Of a stretch of 40,668 nucleotides of DNA, positions 1-8,702 are shown piece by piece. Origin of the DNA: a virus. Taxonomy: Duplodnaviria > Heunggongvirae > Uroviricota > Caudoviricetes. Location: the IMG/VR virus record IMGVR_UViG_2534682060_000017, positions 1 through 40,668 of that record; one strand, 5' to 3'. The translations under genes and the position numbers were made by a program. Each line of letters opens with the position of its first letter. Position 1 is the first letter of the stretch. The notes below the pieces were generated by a model. The model had not been told where the DNA came from and made no database searches. It saw nothing but the letters and a program-made list of their open reading frames with translations.

Positions 1-1020
1 CTACTTACTGACCACAAGCGGCAAATCCAGTGTTGGTGTTATTTTGGTTTTACGATCGTAAATCAACACCTGATTTTCTGTTTTGTGTCCACTGAAAATT
101 TGTTTGTCGCGACTGCTGCCTTCGTAATCTGAAATCCCTTTGGCTTTTATGTCATGGAAGTTGCACCCAAACGGAACGCCGGCTTTTTGCTCGGCTGCAC
201 GTTTAGCCTGATTCCACCAGTTGTTCAGCGTCTTGGCTATTACCTTCCCGCCTTTGGTTGTGTTGATCACATACTCGCATGTGCCGGAAGATACATTTCG
301 GGCTAACTGGATCGCCGTACGTAATCGCGGAGACCATTCCTTGATTTGTTTAGTGCCGGTCTTGTTTTGCTCAATGTAAATCCCTTTCTCCATAATATCC
401 TGCCATTTCAGCTCGAGTACATCACCGAGCCTTGCCGCACAAAGATAGGATATCTCCATTGCAATACGTAACTGTGGAATTGCTTCCGCATATATTGCAG
501 CATACTGTTCATCGGTGATGTAAACAGTACGGGCTTTAAGTGTGAATTTTCTGACTCCTTTGCATGGATTATTTTTCACATACCCACGCTCATATCCCCA
601 TCCGTATACACGGCTCAGACTTGCCAGTTCATGGTTTGCCTGGGTCTTGCTCTCAAGTCCTCGCTTATCCATGAAAATTCTTACCTGTTCAATTTTTACA
701 TTATCAGCAAGCACTTTTCCGAATACTGCCAACAATGCCCTTTGATGTTGCCGATAATCTTTTTGGGTTCGGGGGGCCAGTTCTGTAAATGCAGGGGAGT
801 CCATAAACATGTGCCATAATTTAGCTACTGTCATTATGTTGTGGAGTTTTGCTTTTTCCAGCTCATAATTTTGCCAGACTTTAGCTACGCTGGTTTCCCG
901 CACTCTTCCGAGCCCTATAGTTCTTGTGCTTCCTTCGGGTTTCCATACGTAACTGTAACCATTCGATCTAACACGCGGTGGTAGTGCATTATCTTTTTTG
1001 TTTTTTCTTGGTCTTCCCAT
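1..1020 (-). CDS. int: Phage integrase, tyrosine recombinase family
   Basis: 339-aa ORF complete with stop at 1-3; lambda-Int-like length and C-terminal His/Arg/Tyr-containing region (..SGHKTENQVLIYDRK..); sits at prophage left end next to an excisionase-like gene. Confidence 0.9.
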   Translation of the reverse strand: MGRPRKNKKDNALPPRVRSNGYSYVWKPEGSTRTIGLGRVRETSVAKVWQNYELEKAKLHNIMTVAKLWHMFMDSPAFTELAPRTQKDYRQHQRALLAVFGKVLADNVKIEQVRIFMDKRGLESKTQANHELASLSRVYGWGYERGYVKNNPCKGVRKFTLKARTVYITDEQYAAIYAEAIPQLRIAMEISYLCAARLGDVLELKWQDIMEKGIYIEQNKTGTKQIKEWSPRLRTAIQLARNVSSGTCEYVINTTKGGKVIAKTLNNWWNQAKRAAEQKAGVPFGCNFHDIKAKGISDYEGSSRDKQIFSGHKTENQVLIYDRKTKITPTLDLPLVVSK

Positions 1021-1240
1021 TGTTCAGCGCCTCAAAATCGGGTTCAGCGGAAACCAGTTCAGGTGCTTTTGGCATCGTAGTCAGTCCGTGTGGAATATCC
1101 CTGCGAAGAACTATTGGTTCGTTTTTAGGACCGATTACAAATGGGATACCGTGCAGCCTTAACTGGTGTTGCTGTTTTGTGTATCGCTCGTATTTCGTGA
1201 TCTCTTGAATCTCTGCTGGCGATAGAGTTAATTCGTACAT
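989..1240 (-). CDS. Putative excisionase-like small basic protein
   Basis: 83-aa ORF directly upstream of int and overlapping its start by 32 nt; lysine-rich C-terminus; position typical of xis; no strong RBS seen. Confidence 0.45.
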   Translation of the reverse strand: MYELTLSPAEIQEITKYERYTKQQHQLRLHGIPFVIGPKNEPIVLRRDIPHGLTTMPKAPELVSAEPDFEALNNGKTKKKQKR

Positions 1241-1306
1241 GTGGTCACGTGCCTTACAGCATGACCGCCGCCAATATAATTCGGGGACGGCGATCAGGGT
1301 TGAACA

Positions 1307-3778
1307 TTAAAAATCAACCGGATTCGGGATCAGTTTTTGCCAGATTGCTGAAACGTATTTTGCCTGGTAACGGGCGTCATCAAGTGCATTATGGCGCTCA
1401 CCTTCGAATGGAATAGCCGTTCTGGCATCGAAGTCTATGGCTTTCCCCAGCTCAACGATTGTGCGTACATCGCGATCGTTGTAGTAACGCCACGGGCAGG
1501 GGATCCCCTGCCGTTCGTATGAACGGCGCAAAATCGTGTTGTCGAAGTTGGCTCCATTTCCCCAGACCTGAACAAAAAATTCACCGGAGTTTTCGTCGAT
1601 AAATTCCCGCAATTGTAACAGTGCATCATCTAACGGGATTTCATCGGTCATAATGGCAGATTGCGCTTCGCGTGATTGCTTAAGCCACCATTTAATGGTG
1701 TCCCGATCAATGACTCCGCCAGCAGTTTCCAGATCGATAGTCTTACTAAATTCCGGTCCCATATCTCCGGTTTGCGGATCGAAAAATATTGCACCTATTG
1801 AGATAATCGGGGCATCAGGATTTTTTCCCATGGTTTCAAGGTCGATCATTAGATGGTCACACGTCCTGCTGGTGGATGTGATAACGTGATGACCGTTCAC
1901 CGTAATTAAGGGATCTGCCGTCTCGCCAGTTTCACTATCGCTGGCGTGATCCTGAGCGCTGCCAGCATTCTCTTTGTGTGGATGTTCAGCGCCTTCCATT
2001 TTCTCCGAATCGTCTTCCTGAACTTCAACCTGGTTCTTGTCATCGAATGTTTCCTGGTATGTTGCGTCGCCCATCACCGCACCACAATCAGGGCAGTTGC
2101 CGCCGCCGGTCTGACCGCAGGCGGTGCAGACTTTTTCCGCTTCCTGTTGCGCTACTGGCTCAGGTTGTTTCGTTTCTGGCTCGTTTTGTAACGCATTTGG
2201 GCTGTTTTGTTCCGCTTTCTGGTCGTTCTGTTCCGTTTCTTGCTGGTTCTGATTCACTGAATCGCGGGTTTCAATCCCCTTCACCCATTTCGGATCATTC
2301 GGGTCGCTAATCCCTGCAACAAATTCACCACGTGATACAGCAAGCAACTTATCGGCGTCAGGCTGGCTGATATTGGCTGCCTGCATAATTTTGTTTACTT
2401 CGTCAGCGGTAACTTTTACCGGCTCTGGTTGTGCGGTCGTGTCAGATGCACCAGTATTTTGTTGTGAACCTGAGTATGTACCGTTTTTACGGGCAAAATA
2501 TTCTTCTTTCGTGATTTCAGTAGCCCCTGCAGTCAGCGCCTTATTCAGACCAGAAAGTTTGTTTGCGCGACCATATTTTTCGCCATCCTTATCTGTGAAG
2601 AGGAAGTAGAACGGCCCCTCACGCTCTACAGATGGTTCGACTTCAACTTTGCATTCGGTTTTTTCGTTGTCCGGAATTGCCGTTTCCACTGCATCAGTTT
2701 CTGGTACTGGCGACGAGAGAGTATCAGTTGCGCTCTGATTTGTTCCTTCATCTTCAAACACGCCCTTTGTAGTCAGGTATTCAGTAATGTATTTGTTCAG
2801 TGCCACAGGGTCTTTGTGAATGTCGATCGGACGTTCACGGACAAGGCCAAAAATAGTCTGTCGGTCGTAGCGAAGGGCATCAGGCTGTTTGCGCATTGAT
2901 GCCGAGATACGCTTCCAGTCTTCGCGGTCGTTGTCGATAACTTCATTTTTTGCCCAGCGATGGATGCTGCCGTCAATGTTTCCGGCATCCACATCACCAG
3001 GCCAGAGAGCGTAGGCCAGTTCGTCATCCAGTGTTTTCCATGTCTGCTTGTATTCGCGATGAGTGGCAGCAATGACCGGGCTGATTTTTCCTGTTGAATT
3101 GTCAGTGTACTGTTGATTGGCTCTGGCGCGGGCGAGATCAACAACAGACGTGTATTTTCCGGTTTCCTTGCGTTCACCTTCGCGACGTTTTTTCCAGATG
3201 CGCATCTCTGCCTGAATTTCGGGCCATTTAGCACCAGGAATACATTTATGCTTAACCCACCCAATGGCGTGCAACTTAAGCTCCGGATACATGGCGTTAA
3301 CTTCTGGCATTTTCATCAACGCTTCAACGATATGTCCGTCGAATGTTGCCATGTCTTCCTGCAACAATTCCTGTGCGCTAATAACCATATCAACGGTGAT
3401 GTTTTCACATGTGTCGAACTTAACCAGGACCGCGTTCTGTACTTCAGGGGACAGCTTGTCAAAATTGACGTTCATCGGATCGGATTCTGGCTCGACCGGA
3501 ATAAAGGAAGCGGATTCCTCATCCCAGCAGTTTTCCTGCATATATTCGGTATCCCAGGAGTCGATGGCAGGGCGGGGCATGCCGGGTTTATCCTCGCAAA
3601 CAAGAAATTTATAAGCGCAGTCCTGAGCAGCCGGATATTGCTCCAGGAATTGCCAGGTAAATTTGGCTCGGGCGCGGCGTTCGTCGCCGGCTTCAATGGC
3701 AGTGGCTACAGCGACTGCACCTTCTTCCTTTATTGCCTGTTCGTCCGGAATGGCGGCGCAAATAAAGACTTTACTCAT
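1307..3778 (-). CDS. RecE-like exonuclease (exodeoxyribonuclease VIII-like) with C-terminal DEDDh/DnaQ-like 3'-5' exonuclease domain
   Basis: 823-aa ORF; C-terminus carries DLETMG ... HNALDDARY motifs typical of DEDDh exonucleases; central acidic low-complexity linker; GAGG about 10 nt upstream of ATG. Confidence 0.8.
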   Translation of the reverse strand: MSKVFICAAIPDEQAIKEEGAVAVATAIEAGDERRARAKFTWQFLEQYPAAQDCAYKFLVCEDKPGMPRPAIDSWDTEYMQENCWDEESASFIPVEPESDPMNVNFDKLSPEVQNAVLVKFDTCENITVDMVISAQELLQEDMATFDGHIVEALMKMPEVNAMYPELKLHAIGWVKHKCIPGAKWPEIQAEMRIWKKRREGERKETGKYTSVVDLARARANQQYTDNSTGKISPVIAATHREYKQTWKTLDDELAYALWPGDVDAGNIDGSIHRWAKNEVIDNDREDWKRISASMRKQPDALRYDRQTIFGLVRERPIDIHKDPVALNKYITEYLTTKGVFEDEGTNQSATDTLSSPVPETDAVETAIPDNEKTECKVEVEPSVEREGPFYFLFTDKDGEKYGRANKLSGLNKALTAGATEITKEEYFARKNGTYSGSQQNTGASDTTAQPEPVKVTADEVNKIMQAANISQPDADKLLAVSRGEFVAGISDPNDPKWVKGIETRDSVNQNQQETEQNDQKAEQNSPNALQNEPETKQPEPVAQQEAEKVCTACGQTGGGNCPDCGAVMGDATYQETFDDKNQVEVQEDDSEKMEGAEHPHKENAGSAQDHASDSETGETADPLITVNGHHVITSTSRTCDHLMIDLETMGKNPDAPIISIGAIFFDPQTGDMGPEFSKTIDLETAGGVIDRDTIKWWLKQSREAQSAIMTDEIPLDDALLQLREFIDENSGEFFVQVWGNGANFDNTILRRSYERQGIPCPWRYYNDRDVRTIVELGKAIDFDARTAIPFEGERHNALDDARYQAKYVSAIWQKLIPNPVDF

Positions 3779-3858
3779 TTTGTTTTAACCTCATTACAGA
3801 TTTAAGGGTGAACAAATCCCTGCCATTGCTGGCATATAAAAATGAAACCGGATATTAA

Positions 3859-4062
3859 TTACGGTGCTGTTTTAAGTCCTGCCGGGATTTCGTTATTGTC
3901 CATGCGAATAACTTTATCAACCGGATAACAGTTGCCGGGAATTTTCTGTTCCGCTGCGGCAGCCATGCATTCTTTCATTGAGTCATGTATACCAATAACA
4001 AGATCGACTGGCTCGCCTGTATTAAGAAAAACTGTCAGAACGAGTGCAAATACTGTATTCAT
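3859..4062 (-). CDS. Hypothetical small protein with N-terminal hydrophobic signal-like segment
   Basis: Internal ATG at 4062 preceded by AAGGA RBS (8-nt spacing); N-terminal MNTVFALVLTVFL hydrophobic stretch; translationally adjacent to upstream gene. Confidence 0.45.
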   Translation of the reverse strand: MNTVFALVLTVFLNTGEPVDLVIGIHDSMKECMAAAAEQKIPGNCYPVDKVIRMDNNEIPAGLKTAP

Positions 4063-4064
4063 TG

Positions 4065-4247
4065 TCAGCGTCCTTTTTGCATCAGGCGTAAACGGGCCAG
4101 CATTGAAACAATGCATATTTGATTTAATAGCTCCCGTTCGTGTTTTCTCTTGTTAATGGCATCTTCAGTAAATACAGGGTTACTGATTCTGACACCAATT
4201 TCAAAACAACCTTCAGACGTATTGACGTTTGGTAATAACGTTTCCAT
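4065..4247 (-). CDS. Hypothetical small early-left protein (kil-like position)
   Basis: 60-aa ORF; GAGGA RBS 7 nt upstream of ATG at 4247; position corresponds to kil in Rac/lambda early-left operons; identity not verified. Confidence 0.45.
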   Translation of the reverse strand: METLLPNVNTSEGCFEIGVRISNPVFTEDAINKRKHERELLNQICIVSMLARLRLMQKGR

Positions 4248-4265
4248 TATCGCATCCTCAACAAT

Positions 4266-4423
4266 GAATTTTGTGATGCGGTGCCTGGTGCCTCCAGGTG
4301 ACGTTAACCAGTTAACAATTAACGCCGGATACAGGGAAACCCATAAACCCCCGATACGGGGGAACTAATCGCTTTTTAACTGTTCCGCGTGCGCTTAGCC
4401 GCATTCACCGCATCACAAAATTC
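4266..4423. repeat. Perfect 18-bp inverted repeat pair (GAATTTTGTGATGCGGTG / CACCGCATCACAAAATTC) flanking a 122-bp segment
   Basis: Arms at 4266-4283 and 4406-4423 are exact reverse complements; interior has two GTTAAC palindromes and a CCCCCGATACGGGGG hairpin. Confidence 0.6.
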
Positions 4424-4791
4424 ACTTTAAAAAGGGCGGACATCAGCCAGCAATTAAACTGATGCCGCCAAAGGTCTCACACAAGCCTCAACATGGAGAT
4501 GTTGTGGCGGGGTTGTCACTCAGGCGTATGGTCAACCTGACAACCCGGTGCTACCAGTGGGGGTAAGGATAACCCCGCCATACTTACCGCCGCGCCATTT
4601 CGCGGAGTGCCACAACCGGAAGCGCACGGTCGAAGATACCGGCGACACGCAACAGAGGGAGAAATGACTTCGCCGTGCGCTTTCGTGTTGTGTGCCTGCT
4701 TTTAACCACGTCAGGCGAGGTGGTTCCTGTCATTCCCCAACGACAAGAAATCTGTATAATCTGGATATCCCCAACGATCCAAGGAAATCAT

Positions 4792-4938
4792 ATGACAGAG
4801 CAAAGAGCACAAGCAGGTGGTGGCAATTCGACACATAAAACAGTCTGGGATCACATACCAGAGAAAAACATTCGACCAAAACCATCTCCAGCTCCTTCGG
4901 AGGAGAGGGGGAACAGCAACAACCAAACAAGCAGGTGA
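4792..4938 (+). CDS. Small hydrophilic ORF (48 aa) translationally coupled to the SieB-like gene
   Basis: TATAAT at 4755-4760, AAGGA RBS 6 nt before ATG 4792; stop 7 nt before the downstream start at 4945. Confidence 0.3.
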   Translation: MTEQRAQAGGGNSTHKTVWDHIPEKNIRPKPSPAPSEERGNSNNQTSR

Positions 4939-4944
4939 TGATGT

Positions 4945-5391
4945 ATGGACCGGGATGATATTCTTGACAGAATTTTATATGGCTATTTTCTTGAGCAACT
5001 ATTTTCGGTAGCAACTGGTCGTCTCGATAAACTTCTCTCAGTGGTGAGTATTATCCTCGGTTCATCTGTCATTGGCGGATTCATTCCGGAAATTTCTGGC
5101 GTTTTTATTGTTGTGATCGCAACCGTCCAAACGATTTATGGATTCGGACAAAAGTCAGGTAACGCCATGAGAAAATCCGCAGAATATTTGCAGCTTTTTG
5201 ATGATGCAGAAAAATATTCTGATTCTGAATTGAAAATGCAGTTAAAAATTCTGGAAAAAACGGATGTTCATATTTGGTCATCACTTAAAGATATTGCGAT
5301 CTTAAAAACACAGATCAAAATAGGCGTTTCCATCGAACAACAAGAGAAGCTGCCCACAAAATCTAAATTGATGCGATTTCTTTGTAGTTAG
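4945..5391 (+). CDS. Putative superinfection exclusion membrane protein (SieB-like)
   Basis: 148-aa ORF on opposite strand inside the early-left region, as sieB is in lambda/Rac; long hydrophobic segment LSVVSIILGSSVIGGFIPEISGVFIVVIATV; AGGTGA RBS. Confidence 0.5.
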   Translation: MDRDDILDRILYGYFLEQLFSVATGRLDKLLSVVSIILGSSVIGGFIPEISGVFIVVIATVQTIYGFGQKSGNAMRKSAEYLQLFDDAEKYSDSELKMQLKILEKTDVHIWSSLKDIAILKTQIKIGVSIEQQEKLPTKSKLMRFLCS

Positions 5392-5444
5392 GAATATCCA
5401 GAATGTTAAAGAGCATGCCGGAGATTTATCCGTGTCCGGCGCAT

Positions 5445-5469
5445 GTTCTCCACCTTACCCGTGGAGAAC
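5445..5469. terminator. Hairpin between convergent genes (possible bidirectional terminator)
   Basis: 9-bp perfect stem GTTCTCCAC / GTGGAGAAC with 7-nt loop, between the SieB-like gene end and the minus-strand gene end. Confidence 0.4.
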
Positions 5470-5844
5470 TTAATGATTAATTGATATTTTATAGTTGGCT
5501 TCAACTTTCCCATCTGAAGTGGGATGCTTTAAATCACAGGAATTAATGTTGCACTCAGTAAAATGGTTTTTAAGGGGTTCTATTCGAATCCCTTTCTTTT
5601 CCATCAACAAACCAAACCCCTTGTTAATGATATCCATTAATTCCAGGAAGTATTTTTCAGAGGAATCATGCTTATCAGAGTGCTGCTTCTCTTCGTACAA
5701 CCCGATAAAGGCACGGCGCACGTTACCGGATATATTATCTATGGTTTCTTTTTCTACGGTACTCAGGTCAAGAGTCGCCAGTTGGGAACGAACTATATTC
5801 GCTGCCATTTCCTGGAATTGCATTGGTAAATCTTTAAATTCCAT
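5470..5844 (-). CDS. Hypothetical early-left protein
   Basis: 124-aa ORF; GAGG RBS 6 nt upstream of ATG at 5844; TGATG overlap with upstream gene stop. Confidence 0.5.
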   Translation of the reverse strand: MEFKDLPMQFQEMAANIVRSQLATLDLSTVEKETIDNISGNVRRAFIGLYEEKQHSDKHDSSEKYFLELMDIINKGFGLLMEKKGIRIEPLKNHFTECNINSCDLKHPTSDGKVEANYKISINH

Positions 5845-5855
5845 AGTCAACCTCA

Positions 5856-6008
5856 TCAGTCAGTATTTCTGGCTAACCAGCGACGCGCGCCAGATTCGGT
5901 TTTAAACGTTTTGCTTTTGGTATACGTCATCGCGGTGAATATGCCGTCCTGGTTGGGAAACACGCCGTATACCAGAGATTCGTTGTTGCCAAGATCGATA
6001 GTATCCAT
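5856..6008 (-). CDS. Small Rac-type early protein (YdaF/YdaG-like, 50 aa)
   Basis: ATG at 6008 preceded by GAGG (5-nt spacing); product MDTIDLGNNESLVYGVFPNQDG... resembles small proteins encoded next to racR in Rac prophage (from memory). Confidence 0.5.
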   Translation of the reverse strand: MDTIDLGNNESLVYGVFPNQDGIFTAMTYTKSKTFKTESGARRWLARNTD

Positions 6009-6188
6009 GTTGACCTCATGTCCCCTTAACGCCGGGGTAGCGGAACAAAAACCTGCTGCATAGTTATTAAAGTTGAACCCTGCCGTCATGTTCTTACGCC
6101 TCGGGCTGGCTACTTAACCCCTGACCACTGCCTGGTAACTCGAAGTATTGCCCTGCGTTCTGTGGGGCGGGGTGGGTGGTATGCTGGA

Positions 6189-6217
6189 ACTATAGGTAAT
6201 GCCTAATTGATTGTCAA
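6189..6217 (-). promoter_or_regulatory. Predicted leftward early promoter (pL analogue) with overlapping operator half-sites
   Basis: On minus strand: TTGACA, 17-bp spacer, TATAGT; spacer and flanks contain TTAGGC/GCCTAA motifs shared with the racR-ydaS intergenic operators. Confidence 0.45.
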
Positions 6218-6327
6218 TAGGCTATGCCTAATGTTTTGATCGTAACCTAATAGGTGATGGCGACAGCAGAAAGTGATGGGGGGGTTAAATAACGGAATCT
6301 AGGAGTTTTCCGTCAGACCATATAAGT

Positions 6328-6804
6328 TTAAGTTCCAGTTTTTGTGATGTTCTGGCTTTTCCGTTCAGATTCTAGAGCTTTCAGATACTTACCCACTTTC
6401 ATTTCCATCGCTGCTATGTAGGCGCGAACATCGTGGTCAACCCAATCTGGTTCTGTAGCATTTCCAGATAACAGGAAAGCTACAATCGCTCTTATTTCAT
6501 CAGAGGCTGCTTGATAAAGGTTGTTTATATCTAAAAGTTCACTTTTTGTATCTGAATTGGTGGGGGTTGGTATGGGGTATTCGTTAAGCCCCCAATGCTC
6601 TGGACCAACAACATCAGAAAAGAAACGCCATAATTCTGGAAGTTTATCTTTACTTATAGAGCCTTTCTTAATCCAGTCATAAATTGATGGTGGTTGGACT
6701 TTGAAGTGGCGTGCGACCTCCGCCTTTGATTTGACGGATCCCGATGCGATTTTTTTGTTAATGGCCTGCTCTATCGCTCGGCCTAAGTCTTTACCACTAA
6801 GCAT
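6328..6804 (-). CDS. racR: Rac prophage repressor RacR
   Basis: 158-aa product beginning MLSGKDLGRAIEQAINKK... recognised as RacR; AGGAG RBS; divergent from ydaS/ydaT. Confidence 0.85.
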   Translation of the reverse strand: MLSGKDLGRAIEQAINKKIASGSVKSKAEVARHFKVQPPSIYDWIKKGSISKDKLPELWRFFSDVVGPEHWGLNEYPIPTPTNSDTKSELLDINNLYQAASDEIRAIVAFLLSGNATEPDWVDHDVRAYIAAMEMKVGKYLKALESERKSQNITKTGT

Positions 6805-6849
6805 TGCTTAATATTCTCCTATGCTCATTGCATTAGGCAATCCCTACCT

Positions 6850-6901
6850 TTATCGCATTAGGCATAGCCTATTGACATTTGCGTTAGGCGTCGCCTAATA
6901 T
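6850..6901 (+). promoter_or_regulatory. Predicted rightward early promoter (pR analogue) with palindromic operators
   Basis: TTGACA (6872-6877), 18-bp spacer, TAATAT (6896-6901); spacer contains perfect palindrome TTAGGCGTCGCCTAA; upstream near-palindrome TTAGGCATAGCCTAT. Confidence 0.5.
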
Positions 6902-6927
6902 TTCTGTGTGTTTTTGGAGTTCATTCG

Positions 6928-7224
6928 ATGAAAAAAGAGAACTATTCATTCAAGCAAGCTTGTGCTGTTGTCGGTGGGCAATCAGCAATGGCTAGGCTTT
7001 TAGGTGTATCACCTCCAAGCGTAAATCAATGGATCAAAGGGGTACGTCAATTGCCTGCCGAGAGATGTCCAGCAATTGAACGTGCAACAAGAGGTGAGGT
7101 TCTGTGCGAAGAACTTCGTCCTGATATTGACTGGTCATATTTACGACGTTCGGCATGTTGTTCGCAGAATATGTCAGTGAAGCAACTAAATGACAGTAAC
7201 AAATCCTCATTTGATCATACCTGA
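6928..7224 (+). CDS. ydaS: YdaS-like Cro/HTH-type protein of the RacR-controlled toxic module
   Basis: 98-aa product MKKENYSFKQACAVVGGQSAMARLLGVSPPSVNQWIKG... (HTH); GGAG RBS; divergent from racR. Confidence 0.8.
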   Translation: MKKENYSFKQACAVVGGQSAMARLLGVSPPSVNQWIKGVRQLPAERCPAIERATRGEVLCEELRPDIDWSYLRRSACCSQNMSVKQLNDSNKSSFDHT

Positions 7225-7246
7225 AACATCAAGAGGCAAATGATTC

Positions 7247-7672
7247 ATGAAAATCAAGCATGAACACATCCGCATGGCGATGAATGCCTGGGCGCGTCCT
7301 GATGGCGAAAAAGTTCCAGCAGCTGGAATAACCCAGGCTTATTTTGAGTTGGGTATGACGTTTCCTGAACTGTATGACGATAGCCATCCGGAAGCCCTGG
7401 CTCGCAATACCCAGAAAATTTTCCGCTGGGTAGAGAAAGACACTCCTGATGCGGTTAAAAAAATTCAGGCGTTGTTACCGGCTATCGAAAAAGCAATGCC
7501 ACCTCTGCTGGTGGCCCGGATGCGCAGCCACAGTTCAGTCTATTTTCGGGAGTTGGTGGAGACGCGGGAACGACTGGTGAGAGACGCTGATGATTTTGTC
7601 GCAGTGGCAATCGCCGGTTTCAATCAGATGAATCGTGGTGGCCCGGCAGGAAATGCTGTGGTGATGCACTAA
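7247..7672 (+). CDS. ydaT: YdaT-like protein
   Basis: 141-aa ORF immediately downstream of ydaS; AAGAGG RBS; matches Rac gene order racR-ydaS-ydaT. Confidence 0.8.
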   Translation: MKIKHEHIRMAMNAWARPDGEKVPAAGITQAYFELGMTFPELYDDSHPEALARNTQKIFRWVEKDTPDAVKKIQALLPAIEKAMPPLLVARMRSHSSVYFRELVETRERLVRDADDFVAVAIAGFNQMNRGGPAGNAVVMH

Positions 7673-7695
7673 AAGCACGGTGTTCGGGGTTTTTT

Positions 7696-8658
7696 ATGAG
7701 CAGCAAGCTTCATGGTCTTGTCTGGGAAGGGTGCGCCTTCACCGGCATGATCTTATCCAGGGTGGCAGTAATGGCTCGCCTTGCAGACTACAGCAATGAC
7801 GAAGGTGTGTCATGGCCTGCAGTGGAGACCATTCGTCGTCAGATTGGGGCAAAGAGTGAATCAACGGTTAAAGCGGCGATAGCGGAACTGGAAAAGAACG
7901 GCTGGCTGACGAAGGAGGAGCGTAAGGTCGGTGGGCGTAATGAAAGCAATATCTACCGCCTTAATGTGGAAAAACTCGAAGCAGCAGCTGAGGCGGCGCG
8001 TGAGGCATATAAACCGAAAAGAAAAATTAGCCCGGCAAAAAATGACCCGTTAACAGTTGACCAGTCAAATATTGCCCCCTCAACGATTGACCCGTCAAAT
8101 TTTGATGGTTCAACCGTTTGTAAAAAACAGCCGGTTAGGGGGGCGATGGTTGGCCCCGATCCGTCAGTATTAAAACCTGATCCGTCAGATAAAAGATCTT
8201 TTCGTCCGGAAGCTTCGCAACCGGACCCGCAGACGGCTGAACAGGACTTTTTAACCCGACATCCTGATGCGATTGTGTTTAGTGCAAAAAAACGTCAGTG
8301 GGGAAATCAGGAGGATTTGGCATGCGCACAGTGGATCTGGGGGCGAATCGTGAGTCTTTACGAACAGGCCGCCAGCGATGATGGCGAGATCACCCGACCG
8401 AAAGAACCCAACTGGACAGCATGGGCCAATGACGTGCGCATAATGCGGATGCTGGATGGCAGAACTCACAGACAAATCTGCGAAATGTTTGGTCGGGTAC
8501 AGCGGGATCCATTCTGGGTAAAAAACATCATGAGTCCGTCAAAACTTCGCGATAAATGGGATGAGCTGGTTATCCGTCTGGGGCGTTCGCCTGTACAGCG
8601 TTGTGTGAATCATATTTCTGAACCGGACACCGAAATTCCGCCAGGGTTCAGGGGATAA
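7696..8658 (+). CDS. Putative replication initiation / replisome organiser protein (winged-helix N-terminal domain, YdaU position)
   Basis: 320-aa ORF; N-terminal HTH-like region (..DEGVSWPAVETIRRQIGAKSESTVKAAIAELEKNGWL..) typical of phage replication initiators; position after immunity genes. Confidence 0.55.
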   Translation: MSSKLHGLVWEGCAFTGMILSRVAVMARLADYSNDEGVSWPAVETIRRQIGAKSESTVKAAIAELEKNGWLTKEERKVGGRNESNIYRLNVEKLEAAAEAAREAYKPKRKISPAKNDPLTVDQSNIAPSTIDPSNFDGSTVCKKQPVRGAMVGPDPSVLKPDPSDKRSFRPEASQPDPQTAEQDFLTRHPDAIVFSAKKRQWGNQEDLACAQWIWGRIVSLYEQAASDDGEITRPKEPNWTAWANDVRIMRMLDGRTHRQICEMFGRVQRDPFWVKNIMSPSKLRDKWDELVIRLGRSPVQRCVNHISEPDTEIPPGFRG

Positions 8659-8702
8659 GTTTGGTTTGAGATTGGTAAATGATTTTAACGGGAGAAATTT
8701 TG

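Noticed and set aside
3113-3805. 230-aa plus-strand ORF (and other plus-strand ORFs 1653-2609) overlapping the RecE-like gene
   Set aside because: Lies antisense within a well-supported 823-aa minus-strand gene; product is low-complexity with no recognisable motifs and no RBS; typical shadow ORF.
4266-4680. Retron msr/msd-like ncRNA flanked by inverted repeats
   Set aside because: No reverse transcriptase gene nearby; flanking genes are small phage early proteins; kept only as a generic structured-RNA candidate.
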